Shown here piece by piece: positions 45,997 to 55,134 of a stretch of 64,000 nt of DNA. The stretch covers positions 3,456,001 to 3,520,000 of the forward strand of contig OZ244207.1 in assembly GCA_965216875.1 (NCBI GenBank), written 5' to 3'. The translations under genes and the position numbers were made by a program. The notes under the pieces are model-generated. The model did no database searches. It saw nothing but the letters and a program-made list of their open reading frames with translations, and was not told where the DNA came from. The DNA comes from Rubripirellula sp. GTDB lineage: Bacteria; Planctomycetota; Planctomycetia; Pirellulales; Pirellulaceae. Every line of letters begins with the position of its first letter. Positions within the stretch are counted from its first letter, which is position 1.

Positions 45997-47607
45997 ATGC
46001 ACGAGCTTCGCCAAGTCGCTCCCTGGAAAATCGTCGCTGCCAGCATTGCGGCATTGAGCGTCGTGATCGCCTGCCAGATCTGTCTGGGCTGGACCCCCAT
46101 AACCATTCGTAGCTCAGCCATCGCCGCAGACGGATCGGTTGCTGCAATTGTCAACCAGCCGAGTCGAACTGGACATGTCGTTCGTTCGACCTTGGTGCGA
46201 TTTGACCCCAGCCTGACCAATCACCAGGTGTTACGAGAACTCCGTCACCTAGGCCGAACGATGGAAATCTCAGGTGACGGAAAAACGATCTTTGTGCAAA
46301 CGGATGCTTTGCTGCAAAGTATCAACGCAATGACAGGAGCAATCCTCTGGGAAAAGCCCGCCGCGCCATCGACCACCCTGCACCTCGTGAGCGACGATCG
46401 CATCATCTTGCAAATCACTCGCTGGGGCAGCACCGTCACCTTTCTTAACGCCGAAGATGGCAGCGATATCGACAGCCTCACGCACGCCACGCGGACGTCC
46501 CGTGTCGGTTGGTCGGACGCGTACATCACGCTCGATCAAACCATCGATGGAACAGACCAAACCCTCTTCTACCATTTTGACGGCGAACGTCTTCGACAAG
46601 TGGATCGAATCGACGCTATTGAACAGGGTGCCTTTCGAACCAGCGTCCCCTCGATCCATCTGGGCGGATGGCAAAGAGAGAGGTGGGAGCCCGATCGTAT
46701 TCGAATGCCTGGCAATCCGAGCCTATCGTTGCGGACGTTTCATCGCCGAGACAGTCGAGCCGCGGCACTGGCCATCGTCTCGTCAGCCGAACCGTCGAAC
46801 GTCCACGCGCGATACCAATTCGGTCAATCCTATGCGGCGATGATCGTGTTGCTCTTGTTCGCCGGCAGTGTTGCGGCTTGCATCGTGGTGTGGATGCAAT
46901 ATGAATTGTGGTCGGACCCGTCGCGCGTGAGAGTCATTTTGCCCGCCACCGTGGTGCTCTTGATCGCTGCCTCGGTCGATTGGCGGCACTTCGAATTCAT
47001 CAACGCTTGGCCGCTTATTGCGGCCCCCATCGCAACATGCGCGTTACTGGCGTGCTGTGCGTTCAACCGACCGTTACACCTTTGGGGCCTCGCCTTCTTT
47101 TTCAGCGCCATTTCGTTCTTGCTCCCCATCGCAGCTGTGATCTTCGTCGCCAGGTTGCTTAATATGCAGCTACCAAACCTCAAGCCCAACGAGGCAAAAG
47201 AAAAAAACGAAGATGGCCCCGACGACGCTCAACGCCAAGTCAACCAACCCGCGTCGCCAACGACAAAGAAATTTCGGTTCGAGCTCTACCAGCTCATGCT
47301 GGCGACGGGCATCGTCGCAACCTTCATTGGCGTTGGCCTGCAGGGGATCTTTTTGATCAACATCGGCTTTGTCGTCGCTGTCGTGGCCGCGATCGGAGTC
47401 TTGATCAATGCCTGCCCGCCGATCGCCATAGGTTGCGTGCCGTTGATGGTTGGCGCAACACTTTTCTTGGCTGCTGGCTCACAGCTGCTTGGGGCTCAAG
47501 CCGCACCTTTCGCAGGCGGAGCGGCCGGCCTGATGACGTTGGCAATCTTGGGAGCCAACGGAGTAGGCCTCCGAATGAAAGGCCGAGAATATTGGGACGT
47601 GGTCTAG
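45997..47607 (+). CDS. Hypothetical multi-pass membrane protein with an N-terminal beta-propeller-like periplasmic region
   Basis: 'ISGDGKTI', 'NAMTGAILWE', 'NAEDGS' blade-like motifs; several C-terminal TMs; planctomycete-like 'FRFELYQLML' motif. Confidence 0.65.
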   Translation: MHELRQVAPWKIVAASIAALSVVIACQICLGWTPITIRSSAIAADGSVAAIVNQPSRTGHVVRSTLVRFDPSLTNHQVLRELRHLGRTMEISGDGKTIFVQTDALLQSINAMTGAILWEKPAAPSTTLHLVSDDRIILQITRWGSTVTFLNAEDGSDIDSLTHATRTSRVGWSDAYITLDQTIDGTDQTLFYHFDGERLRQVDRIDAIEQGAFRTSVPSIHLGGWQRERWEPDRIRMPGNPSLSLRTFHRRDSRAAALAIVSSAEPSNVHARYQFGQSYAAMIVLLLFAGSVAACIVVWMQYELWSDPSRVRVILPATVVLLIAASVDWRHFEFINAWPLIAAPIATCALLACCAFNRPLHLWGLAFFFSAISFLLPIAAVIFVARLLNMQLPNLKPNEAKEKNEDGPDDAQRQVNQPASPTTKKFRFELYQLMLATGIVATFIGVGLQGIFLINIGFVVAVVAAIGVLINACPPIAIGCVPLMVGATLFLAAGSQLLGAQAAPFAGGAAGLMTLAILGANGVGLRMKGREYWDVV

Positions 47608-47622
47608 CGACATCGAGTCGCC

Positions 47623-47843
47623 TCTTCGTAGTGGACGAGGCTACGAGTCCCGTTGATCTTCGTAGTGGACGAGGCTACGAGTCCCATCAATCTTCGTAGT
47701 GGACGAGGCTACGAGTCCCTCTCCGCTACTCTCTCTTCCCTTCCTCACACTCTCTCGAACGTTCTTCCCAGCCCCAACTCCAATCATGCCAGCGGAAACA
47801 AAACCAAGTCCAACGCTCAAGGACTCGTGGCCTCGTCCACTAC
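47623..47843. repeat. REP-like family C: three tandem copies (34-bp period) plus one inverted copy
   Basis: TCTTCGTAGTGGACGAGGCTACGAGTCCC at 47623, 47657 and 47691; inverted GGACTCGTGGCCTCGTCCACTAC at 47821-47843. Confidence 0.9.
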
Positions 47844-47852
47844 CAACTCGCA

Positions 47853-48410
47853 TTAGCCAGGGAGGTCACGTCGATAGCGAGGCTTTTCACTCGCCGGCAG
47901 ATCGACATCTCTTTCTTCTTGGTAACGGCGGCGTTCGATCGCGTTGGCGTAGTAGCGAAGCCATGTGTCGTTGTCGTCGACGCAGTGCCATTCCAGGATC
48001 TTGGTAGGAATGTCGACCTTCTTTTCGCAACAGGGAAGGATGTCTCGGTAGATGATCTTGTAGAGTTCGCGATCGGAAAGATGATCGGTGAATCTCAACA
48101 CAACGCGATTCGAATAGAGACGATCGATGGTCTCTTTGAGCTTCGACTCGAGCTGCTTGTCATCAAGATCCTCGGGGGCCGGAATCTGCAGCGGTGGATT
48201 GAACCAGCTTGAAATCGGCAGGGCGGGGGCGCGTTCCCAGGCCAGCATCGATTCGAGGTATTCGTTCTCAGCACGCAGGGGCATTCGGTTGATCGAAGAG
48301 TCAATCGACTCATCGCGGTATGGCTCCAACTCGTCCCGCAATCGGGCGTTGGCCATCAGCAATTCGACTTCGTCAGTGCCATGACGGCTGGTGTCGCTCG
48401 CGTTGTCCAT
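47853..48410 (-). CDS. Conserved hypothetical protein
   Basis: Acidic globular ORF ('ENEYLESMLAWERAP', 'FTDHLSDRELY', 'WLRYYA'); start set at MDNASD. Confidence 0.75.
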   Translation of the reverse strand: MDNASDTSRHGTDEVELLMANARLRDELEPYRDESIDSSINRMPLRAENEYLESMLAWERAPALPISSWFNPPLQIPAPEDLDDKQLESKLKETIDRLYSNRVVLRFTDHLSDRELYKIIYRDILPCCEKKVDIPTKILEWHCVDDNDTWLRYYANAIERRRYQEERDVDLPASEKPRYRRDLPG

Positions 48411-48760
48411 CAGATATTGAGCGTCTCGTTGAGAGGGAAGGAAGGAGCCGGGTGGGACCACCAAGCGTCCATTGGGCGCTGTAAATACCTCGACAAGGTC
48501 AAACCAGCCGCCATTAGGGCGGACAGGTGTGACCCCAGTCACGCTTCCGATCCTATCTGTCCCGGCGATTGACTCAACGAGGTTTTGAGTGAAAACGGCT
48601 GTTTGGTAAGAAATTCGTAGGACCGACCACCGACTGATCGTTACGAGCGGAACCTCTTACCACCTTTTGCCCGCAAATCCGGGGTTTTCGCCGCCCAGCA
48701 ATCCGCCTCCGTGCCGCATCAACAAGGGGTTTTCGAGCCGATTCTCGCCCTCGCAACGGC

Positions 48761-49075
48761 CGTAGCTTAGCTACGCTCGCCAGAGCGTGGGATGGTGGAG
48801 ACCGGTCTGGCATCGCAAACCACCTTCTGGCGAAGGTAGCTACGAACTGTGAGCCGAACGCACTAGCGTCGGGCCTTGCACTCTCGTAGCTACGCTCGCC
48901 AGAGCGTGGGATGGCGGAGTCCGGTCTGGCATGACAAACCACCTTCTGGCGAAGGTAGCTACGAATTGTGTGCCGAACGCGCTAGCGTCGGGCCTTGCGC
49001 TCTCGTCGCGCATCAACGGCCCGAGGCCTCACGCCAGCTGCTCACAGGATTCCGCCTGAAGGCGCGACTACGAAC
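48761..49075. repeat. Composite REP-like array (A-doublet, B, A-doublet, B-doublet, E), inverted relative to the arrays at 2.5 and 5.9 kb
   Basis: TAGCTACGCTCGCCAGAGCGTGGG...CCACCTTCTGGCGAAGGTAGCTAC x2; GTG(A/T)GCCGAACGC(A/G)CTAGCGTCGGGCC x2; TTCCGCCTGAAGGCGCGACTACG. Confidence 0.9.
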
Positions 49076-49096
49076 GGAGCGTGATTCCGCCACGCC

Positions 49097-50191
49097 CTAT
49101 GCCCCATAAAGCTCACGGTGGCCTTGGATCATGGCCGCCACACTGAAATCGGACTCGATCCGTGTCCTGGCGGCTTCTGCAAGCTGCTGTGCCTTTTCGG
49201 GTGCCTCGAGCAACTCCTGGCTTTGGCGAGCGAAGTCGGCGGTGTCACCCAGCTTTACCAGCCGTCCCGTTCGATCGTGCACTACCAAATCTCGGTTTCC
49301 CGGGATGTCCGATGCCACCACAGGCACGCCCGCCTGCATCGCCTCGATCACCGCGTTGCTTTGGCCTTCGTACTCACTGCCAATCCAAAACAGATCGGCG
49401 TGTGGTAAAAGCCGAGTGACGTCCGTGCGGGCGCCAGCGAAACGGACTCGATCGGCAACCGTCACGGCATCGCGATGACGCAGCAGCTCACCTCGCTGCG
49501 GCCCATCACCAATGATCACCAAAGTGGTATCGCCTCGCAGCGTTCCCATCAGTTCCCCCGACCAAATCAAATCGCGATAACGTTTTTGTGGCCACAAACG
49601 CCCCACGGCAAGAATCAGTTTTCGCGCCGGATCGACTTGCAGCTCTTTGAACGCGTGCTCGCGATCCATCGGATCAAATTTGGCCGGTTCGATCCCGTTG
49701 GGAATGACGTGAAAGAGTTTTTCGGCGATACCGTTGTCGACGTAAAAGTCGCGCACGCCTTCGCTGTTGGTCGTGATCGCTTCGGTGTACTTGGCAAGTT
49801 GCCGATCGACCAAAAAGTGCTTCGACGTTTTCCACGGGTCAACACATCGTTCGCTCGCCATGATGCGTTTGACACGAGCCAGTCGCGCTGCGGCCCGCCC
49901 GAAACTGTTTGCCGCAAACAACCAAGTATGGACGATGTCGGGCTTGAGTCGGACGAGGTGTCGACGCAGTCGAATCAGTGCCGTCGGGTCTGCCTTCCAG
50001 CGTTTACCGATCAGGGTGACAGGAATCTCGGCATCGCGCAGGCGTTGACTGAGCGGACCATCGCGAGTCAGAAGGATAACGTGAACGTCGTATTGATCGC
50101 GTGGCAGGTTTTCGGCCAACAACGTGAGCTGCTTCTCTGCACCTCCGCGATCCATCGTCGGAATGATCAACGCAAGTCTTGCACGACTCAT
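49097..50191 (-). CDS. Glycosyltransferase family 4
   Basis: 'GGAEKQL', 'PDIVHTWL', 'VIPNGI', 'VGRLWPQK', EX7E 'EGQSNAVIE'. Confidence 0.92.
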   Translation of the reverse strand: MSRARLALIIPTMDRGGAEKQLTLLAENLPRDQYDVHVILLTRDGPLSQRLRDAEIPVTLIGKRWKADPTALIRLRRHLVRLKPDIVHTWLFAANSFGRAAARLARVKRIMASERCVDPWKTSKHFLVDRQLAKYTEAITTNSEGVRDFYVDNGIAEKLFHVIPNGIEPAKFDPMDREHAFKELQVDPARKLILAVGRLWPQKRYRDLIWSGELMGTLRGDTTLVIIGDGPQRGELLRHRDAVTVADRVRFAGARTDVTRLLPHADLFWIGSEYEGQSNAVIEAMQAGVPVVASDIPGNRDLVVHDRTGRLVKLGDTADFARQSQELLEAPEKAQQLAEAARTRIESDFSVAAMIQGHRELYGA

Positions 50192-51420
50192 GATGCCGCC
50201 TCCACCGACGAATCAATCCCGGCTCGCCGCCCGCCCGTCAACCGCTGAGCCAGTTTGACGATCGAATCGAGCGTTTGATCTTGAGATTGAGATGTCATGC
50301 GCTGGCGGCGTAGCTGGGATGCGTTGGCTTTGTGCGTTTCAAAGTCCTCGACCACGCGTCGGATTGCTTGTCGCAACTCCTTCCCGCTTTCGGGCGAAAA
50401 CCATTCCACCAGCGGCTCGGCTGAATGCGGATTCGGTTTCCCTTCGATCACGGTTCGGCAGGCCGGCGTATCACACACCACTACCGGCAGCTCAGCCGAT
50501 ATGGCAGCGGGCAAGAAATGATCGAGCCCCTGTTGGTCCGCCTGAACAAAAACATCAGCTGCGGTCAGCAAGTCTTCGACATCCGAGAACGATCCGGGAA
50601 TCGCCGTAACACTTCGGATTCCCTCACTCCGCAGCCGTTGATGAATCGATTCCCGATTCGCGCCATCACCGATCAACCACAGTCGTAACTCCGAAAATCG
50701 TTCCATTGACGGAACGATTTCCCTGGCCAATTTTTCCAGCCCCGACCCCGAGGTCATTTCGCCAATCGCAAGCACCACCAAGTGTTCGTCTTCGGCATGC
50801 AAGTCGCGGTTCACACTGGCCAGTGCGGCACGCGCCGCCGAGCGAGAGGAGGGTGAGGCTGCCGGTGCGGCCGGATAGCCAACGTCGACTCGATGGATTC
50901 GCGACGACAAAAACCCTTCGGTCAACAACGCACGATGCGAATCAGGATCAAAACAAATCGCGGCGTCTGCCGAACGCCCAGCCGCGATGCACCGCCGCGC
51001 AGATCGCGATTGTTGCCACCACGCCGCGTCACTGTGAGGTCCCCAACCGGCACATCGAACGATCGTCTTGCAGTCGGTCTCTTTCGTCGCCTCGACCGCC
51101 GCAATCGCTTCGTCGCGAATCGAGTCGACAAGCATCACATCGAATGCCGGTGCTTGATCGCGCAGCCAATGAGTCATGTGCCGAACGTATCGCCCCATCG
51201 ACCAATCACTTCTCGGAGCCGCGGCCGGGCGATGCAACGTCATTTCGCGAAGCACGACCTCGTCAGGCCACGACGATGCATAGCGCGGTGAAAGAACTTC
51301 GACATGCACTCCCTTGCCACTTAGCCCAATCGCCAGCTGGTAAAGGAACGCTGCCGAGTCAATTGAACCGTGCGGCCAAAACCGACGTCCAACCAACAAC
51401 ATTCGCAAACGGGAATTCAC
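50188..51420 (-). CDS. GT-B fold glycosyltransferase family 4-like protein (degenerate active-site motif)
   Basis: 'LLVGRRFWP', 'LWLIGDG', 'IPGSFSDVEDLLTAADVFV', 'ELPVV'; overlaps both neighbours by 4 bp. Confidence 0.8.
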   Translation of the reverse strand: MNSRLRMLLVGRRFWPHGSIDSAAFLYQLAIGLSGKGVHVEVLSPRYASSWPDEVVLREMTLHRPAAAPRSDWSMGRYVRHMTHWLRDQAPAFDVMLVDSIRDEAIAAVEATKETDCKTIVRCAGWGPHSDAAWWQQSRSARRCIAAGRSADAAICFDPDSHRALLTEGFLSSRIHRVDVGYPAAPAASPSSRSAARAALASVNRDLHAEDEHLVVLAIGEMTSGSGLEKLAREIVPSMERFSELRLWLIGDGANRESIHQRLRSEGIRSVTAIPGSFSDVEDLLTAADVFVQADQQGLDHFLPAAISAELPVVVCDTPACRTVIEGKPNPHSAEPLVEWFSPESGKELRQAIRRVVEDFETHKANASQLRRQRMTSQSQDQTLDSIVKLAQRLTGGRRAGIDSSVEAAS

Positions 51421-51959
51421 GAGCTTTGTTCCGCCGCAGTGGCCTCGATCTCGGCCGGTTCCAACACCGCCAAGTACGGCAGGTTGCGATACATGTCCAA
51501 GTAGTCCAATCCGTAACCAACGACAAACTCGTCTGGGATTTCGAACGCGACGAAGTCGGGACGCAGCTGAACATCGTGTTCGCGTTGCTTGTGCAACAAC
51601 ACCGCCGTCTTGACCGACGCCGCGCCAAACTCTTCCATCATCCCCGAAAGTCGTTCGAGCGTTCGACCGGTGTCAAAAATATCGTCCACCAACATCACAT
51701 CGCGGCCCGTGACGTCGATCATCATCTCCGAATCGACACGCAATTCACCCGCACTCGTCCCGCCGCGATAACTCGACGCACGGATCACGCCGACTCGCTG
51801 AGGCATCGACAAGCGACGAATCAAGTCGGCGAACAAGACCAAACTTCCCGTCATCACTGCGATCACGGTGATCGGGCGGTCACCGTAGTGCTCGTCAATT
51901 TCTTGTGCCAGCCGCTCGACGCCTTCGGTCAGCTGAGATTCATCGAGAAGGGTACGCAT
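51417..51959 (-). CDS. hpt: Hypoxanthine phosphoribosyltransferase
   Basis: 'ASSY', PRPP-binding 'VMLVDDIFDTGRTL', 'FVVGYGLDY..MYRNLPY'. Confidence 0.95.
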   Translation of the reverse strand: MRTLLDESQLTEGVERLAQEIDEHYGDRPITVIAVMTGSLVLFADLIRRLSMPQRVGVIRASSYRGGTSAGELRVDSEMMIDVTGRDVMLVDDIFDTGRTLERLSGMMEEFGAASVKTAVLLHKQREHDVQLRPDFVAFEIPDEFVVGYGLDYLDMYRNLPYLAVLEPAEIEATAAEQSS

Positions 51960-52242
51960 CTTTGTTTACACACGAGTTTGAACGAGACCGGTAGATGATT
52001 TGCTAGCGAATTCTAGACAGCTGTGCGAACTTGGGAAATCTGGGCGTTCATTACGATCCAAACGAGATCGACCGAATCCTCCACGACCAGATGGCCGAAG
52101 TAGAGCATGAATTGGCTCACTCTGTGGGCGAACCACAGCGAGCGAAGTGTACGCAAACATCATTTCGCCCAGCTCCACTGTCTCACCATCTTTGCCCGGA
52201 TCATCCGTTCCCGCAACGTGTTGACCCGGGCCGGAACGATTC

Positions 52243-52608
52243 ATGACGAATTCCCAGCGATTGGCTACCGTCCGACAGCGACTGATTCAGTGGCTCGCAG
52301 ACAATACCGACATCGACGGCGCGACCGACAGCCAATCCAAAGCGAGACCCATCCAATCGGAATCGATTCTGATTCGTGATGAATTCTACTGTGGACGCCG
52401 ATTCAACATGGGCTCGCACCGTGCGGTCTGGTTTATCGAAGAAGACGAACTGAAGGTCTACGACGAATCGGGCCAGCTGCTTGAAGTGATTTCGAGCCAA
52501 GAAATCGATGAGCCATCCGAAAAACCGGATGTCATCCGAATGCCAACGGCCGAAGAGCGAACGCAGCAAAGTAGCGATGACGACGGCGAAATCCGTCGCG
52601 CCGCCTAA
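52243..52608 (+). CDS. Small conserved hypothetical protein
   Basis: 'ESILIRDEFYCGRRF...AVWFIEEDELKVYD..G'; C-terminal 'RRAA'. Confidence 0.75.
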   Translation: MTNSQRLATVRQRLIQWLADNTDIDGATDSQSKARPIQSESILIRDEFYCGRRFNMGSHRAVWFIEEDELKVYDESGQLLEVISSQEIDEPSEKPDVIRMPTAEERTQQSSDDDGEIRRAA

Positions 52609-52782
52609 ACACGCGTGTCATTCACTCCGTTTTGAGCCTCGTTTGGGGCCGGCCCCTGTGCGGCTGGACCTTTTTGGCCGACCTTCGCTTGCCTCTGGTT
52701 GTCATTGGCATGCATGATGGTGTCGAACTTGCGGCGGCGACCGCAAGCCGACAAACCACCCAGTCCGCTGGACAGAAGGTCT

Positions 52783-54393
52783 ATGCCGAAATTCCTTGAC
52801 TACATCGTCGACGCCGTGCGCAGTCCGCGCGAACAACTTTCGCGCGGGCAACACTTTGTGCGTTACTGCTGGGACCTGTGCATCCATTGCTACAGGCAAC
52901 TGGCACGGCATCGCGCCGAGGGCATGGCAGCCGAACTGACCTACCGGACGATCTTTTCTCTGATTCCCGTGGTCGTCCTTGGCCTGGTGATGTTTCGCGT
53001 CGTCGGTGGCCTTGAAGATGTTCAGGCCAAAGTCGAAAACCAGATCTTTGCCTTCTTTGGCATTCCCGAAGAGCTTCCCGAAGAATACTTCGTCGAGGAA
53101 ACTGAAGGCGAACCCAACTCAGCCAACGCCGATTTGGAACCCCGCGAACCTGACCCTCAAAGCGAGGACGAGAGCGACCAACAGGATTCCGCGAGCGCCG
53201 ACGAAGCCCAACTGGCCGGCCCCTCCAATGCCAACGGCCCCTCTAATGCCAACGGCGAAGCAAGTACGACGGACGGCAATGCCGACGATCCAGACAACGA
53301 TCAAACCGCCAATCAGTCGGAAACCTCTGAGGCTGCATCCGAAAACGGCGATGCTGCGATCGTTGCCGCCGCCAATGAAACGTTATCGAACATTCGCCAA
53401 ACCCTTTCCGATATCGCGTCCAAGGTCGCGTCGATCGATTTTGCGTCCATCGGCGTCTTTGGCTTGCTGTTGTTTTTGTACGCTGCCGTTGCGTTGGCCG
53501 ATTCGACCGAACACCTTTTCAATCGAATCTACGAAGCTCCCACGCAGCGACCGATTCACATTCGCATCGCGATTCATTGGTCAATCATTACCCTCGGCAG
53601 CGCTCTGTTGGCGATGAGCCTTTACATGTCTGGCCAGGTGGTGGACTGGTTCGGATCGATCGTCGAGGCGACCTATTTCCGTTGGGGGCTCAGCCACCTT
53701 GCCGCGATCCTTGCCAGCTGGGTGTTGCTGTTCTTGCTCTACGCATTGATGCCCAACACGCATGTGTCAGTCAAAGCAGCCGCGATTGGTGCCTTGGTGA
53801 GCGCGTTGCTTTGGGAGGCGGCAAAATTCGGGTTTCAAGTCTATGTGGCCAAAGCAGTTCCCTATTCTGCGGTTTATGGCTCGATTGGGCTGATCCCATT
53901 GTTCCTTTTTTGGGTCTATATCACGTGGTTGATCGTTCTGTTCGGCTTGATCCTGACGTACACGCTGCAAACGCTCAAAGGCAGTCGCGTGGTTCGCAGC
54001 GACGAAACGGGTCGATCACTGACAGGTGACCCCGATTGGATGTTGCCCATCATGAGCGAAGTGGCGCGTGCGTTTTCCGAAGGCGACGCGATCGACAACC
54101 AAGACTTGGCCGATCGCTTGGGACTGACGAGTCGTGCAACGCTCGAAATGGTTGGCAAGTTGATCAAAGCCGATCTGCTTCGACGGGTCTCTGCCGGCGC
54201 GGCGGACGATGCAGGCCTTACACTCGCAAAACCGGCCGAGAAGATCGAGGTCGCCGACATCCTGGCCCTCGCTCACCGCACGCGACGAACTGGCGACCAC
54301 CCCGCTTGGAAAGCACTCGAGAAACTCAAGAAAGCAGAACGCGAAGCGGCTGGCAAAATGACCCTTGCCGACATCACCTTTGAACAAGAGTAA
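52783..54393 (+). CDS. YihY/virulence factor BrkB family membrane protein with an acidic insertion and a C-terminal wHTH-like domain
   Basis: 'MAAELTYRTIFSLIP', 'LYALMPNTHV', 'VYGSIGLIPLFLFWVYITWLIVLFG', 'LTLAKPAEKIEVADIL'. Confidence 0.9.
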   Translation: MPKFLDYIVDAVRSPREQLSRGQHFVRYCWDLCIHCYRQLARHRAEGMAAELTYRTIFSLIPVVVLGLVMFRVVGGLEDVQAKVENQIFAFFGIPEELPEEYFVEETEGEPNSANADLEPREPDPQSEDESDQQDSASADEAQLAGPSNANGPSNANGEASTTDGNADDPDNDQTANQSETSEAASENGDAAIVAAANETLSNIRQTLSDIASKVASIDFASIGVFGLLLFLYAAVALADSTEHLFNRIYEAPTQRPIHIRIAIHWSIITLGSALLAMSLYMSGQVVDWFGSIVEATYFRWGLSHLAAILASWVLLFLLYALMPNTHVSVKAAAIGALVSALLWEAAKFGFQVYVAKAVPYSAVYGSIGLIPLFLFWVYITWLIVLFGLILTYTLQTLKGSRVVRSDETGRSLTGDPDWMLPIMSEVARAFSEGDAIDNQDLADRLGLTSRATLEMVGKLIKADLLRRVSAGAADDAGLTLAKPAEKIEVADILALAHRTRRTGDHPAWKALEKLKKAEREAAGKMTLADITFEQE

Positions 54394-54401
54394 CCCATTC
54401 C

Positions 54402-55085
54402 ATGTTTGACCTTCAGCACACGACAGCTTTGGCGATCGGCGTGCTTGATGGCGACGCGATGTCACACAAGATTCTGGCAGACCTGCTCGAGGAGATGGGG
54501 GATCGCCAGAATGCGGAATTCGCTCGGAGCGACAAAAAGAAACCGCGTAAGCGTTTGGACTTGGCCCTGGGACTGCTCCCGATGTTCGATTCGCTGCGGC
54601 TGTCATGCGACTTTTGCGAGCACGCTCAAAGCAGCAATCCCGCTCTCTTTGAGCGACTTGACGACCTCGTTGGCGATGTGATCCCGGCAGTCCGCCAGTG
54701 GTGTGATGCCCCCGAAAACACGCTTGCGATCCGGTGTGAACTCACGCGCGAACAACTCCAGCGGTTTCGAAACCGTCGCATGCCCCTGCGTCCCATGTCG
54801 CGAGATCAAGATCGCCGCAACATGGTCGCCAAACACTTTGAACTGCTGATCGACAACTACGAAGCGGTTCACGCAACGCTGGAAAAACGTCAAAAGGATG
54901 AGCTCGAAGAACGAGCACCGAGTCGACGTTGCGTTGACTACACACGGCGAATCGGCGACTCCGCTCGAACCATCGTTTCCCAACGCGGTCGCTACGCTTA
55001 TCGTGATCGCAACGCGTGGCGACTTGAACTCGAATGGCAGATCGATCGCACGCGCGAGCTACTCGAAGGAATCTCGAACGCCTGA
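54402..55085 (+). CDS. Hypothetical protein
   Basis: 227-aa ORF starting 9 bp after yihY; helical composition. Confidence 0.65.
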   Translation: MFDLQHTTALAIGVLDGDAMSHKILADLLEEMGDRQNAEFARSDKKKPRKRLDLALGLLPMFDSLRLSCDFCEHAQSSNPALFERLDDLVGDVIPAVRQWCDAPENTLAIRCELTREQLQRFRNRRMPLRPMSRDQDRRNMVAKHFELLIDNYEAVHATLEKRQKDELEERAPSRRCVDYTRRIGDSARTIVSQRGRYAYRDRNAWRLELEWQIDRTRELLEGISNA

Positions 55086-55134
55086 AGAGAGCGCATGCAG
55101 TGAACTCCTGCAGAGCTTGACGCCAATGGAGCGT

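Noticed and set aside
47623..47719. Possible CRISPR array (3 x 29-bp identical repeats)
   Set aside because: Spacers are only 5 nt, an inverted copy lies nearby, the repeat has the GTAG REP signature and no cas genes are in the window.
50706..51998. 430-aa plus-strand ORF (likewise 36715..37752, 19079..20185, 44720..45682, 1333..2385)
   Set aside because: All are antisense to well-supported genes and lack domain motifs.
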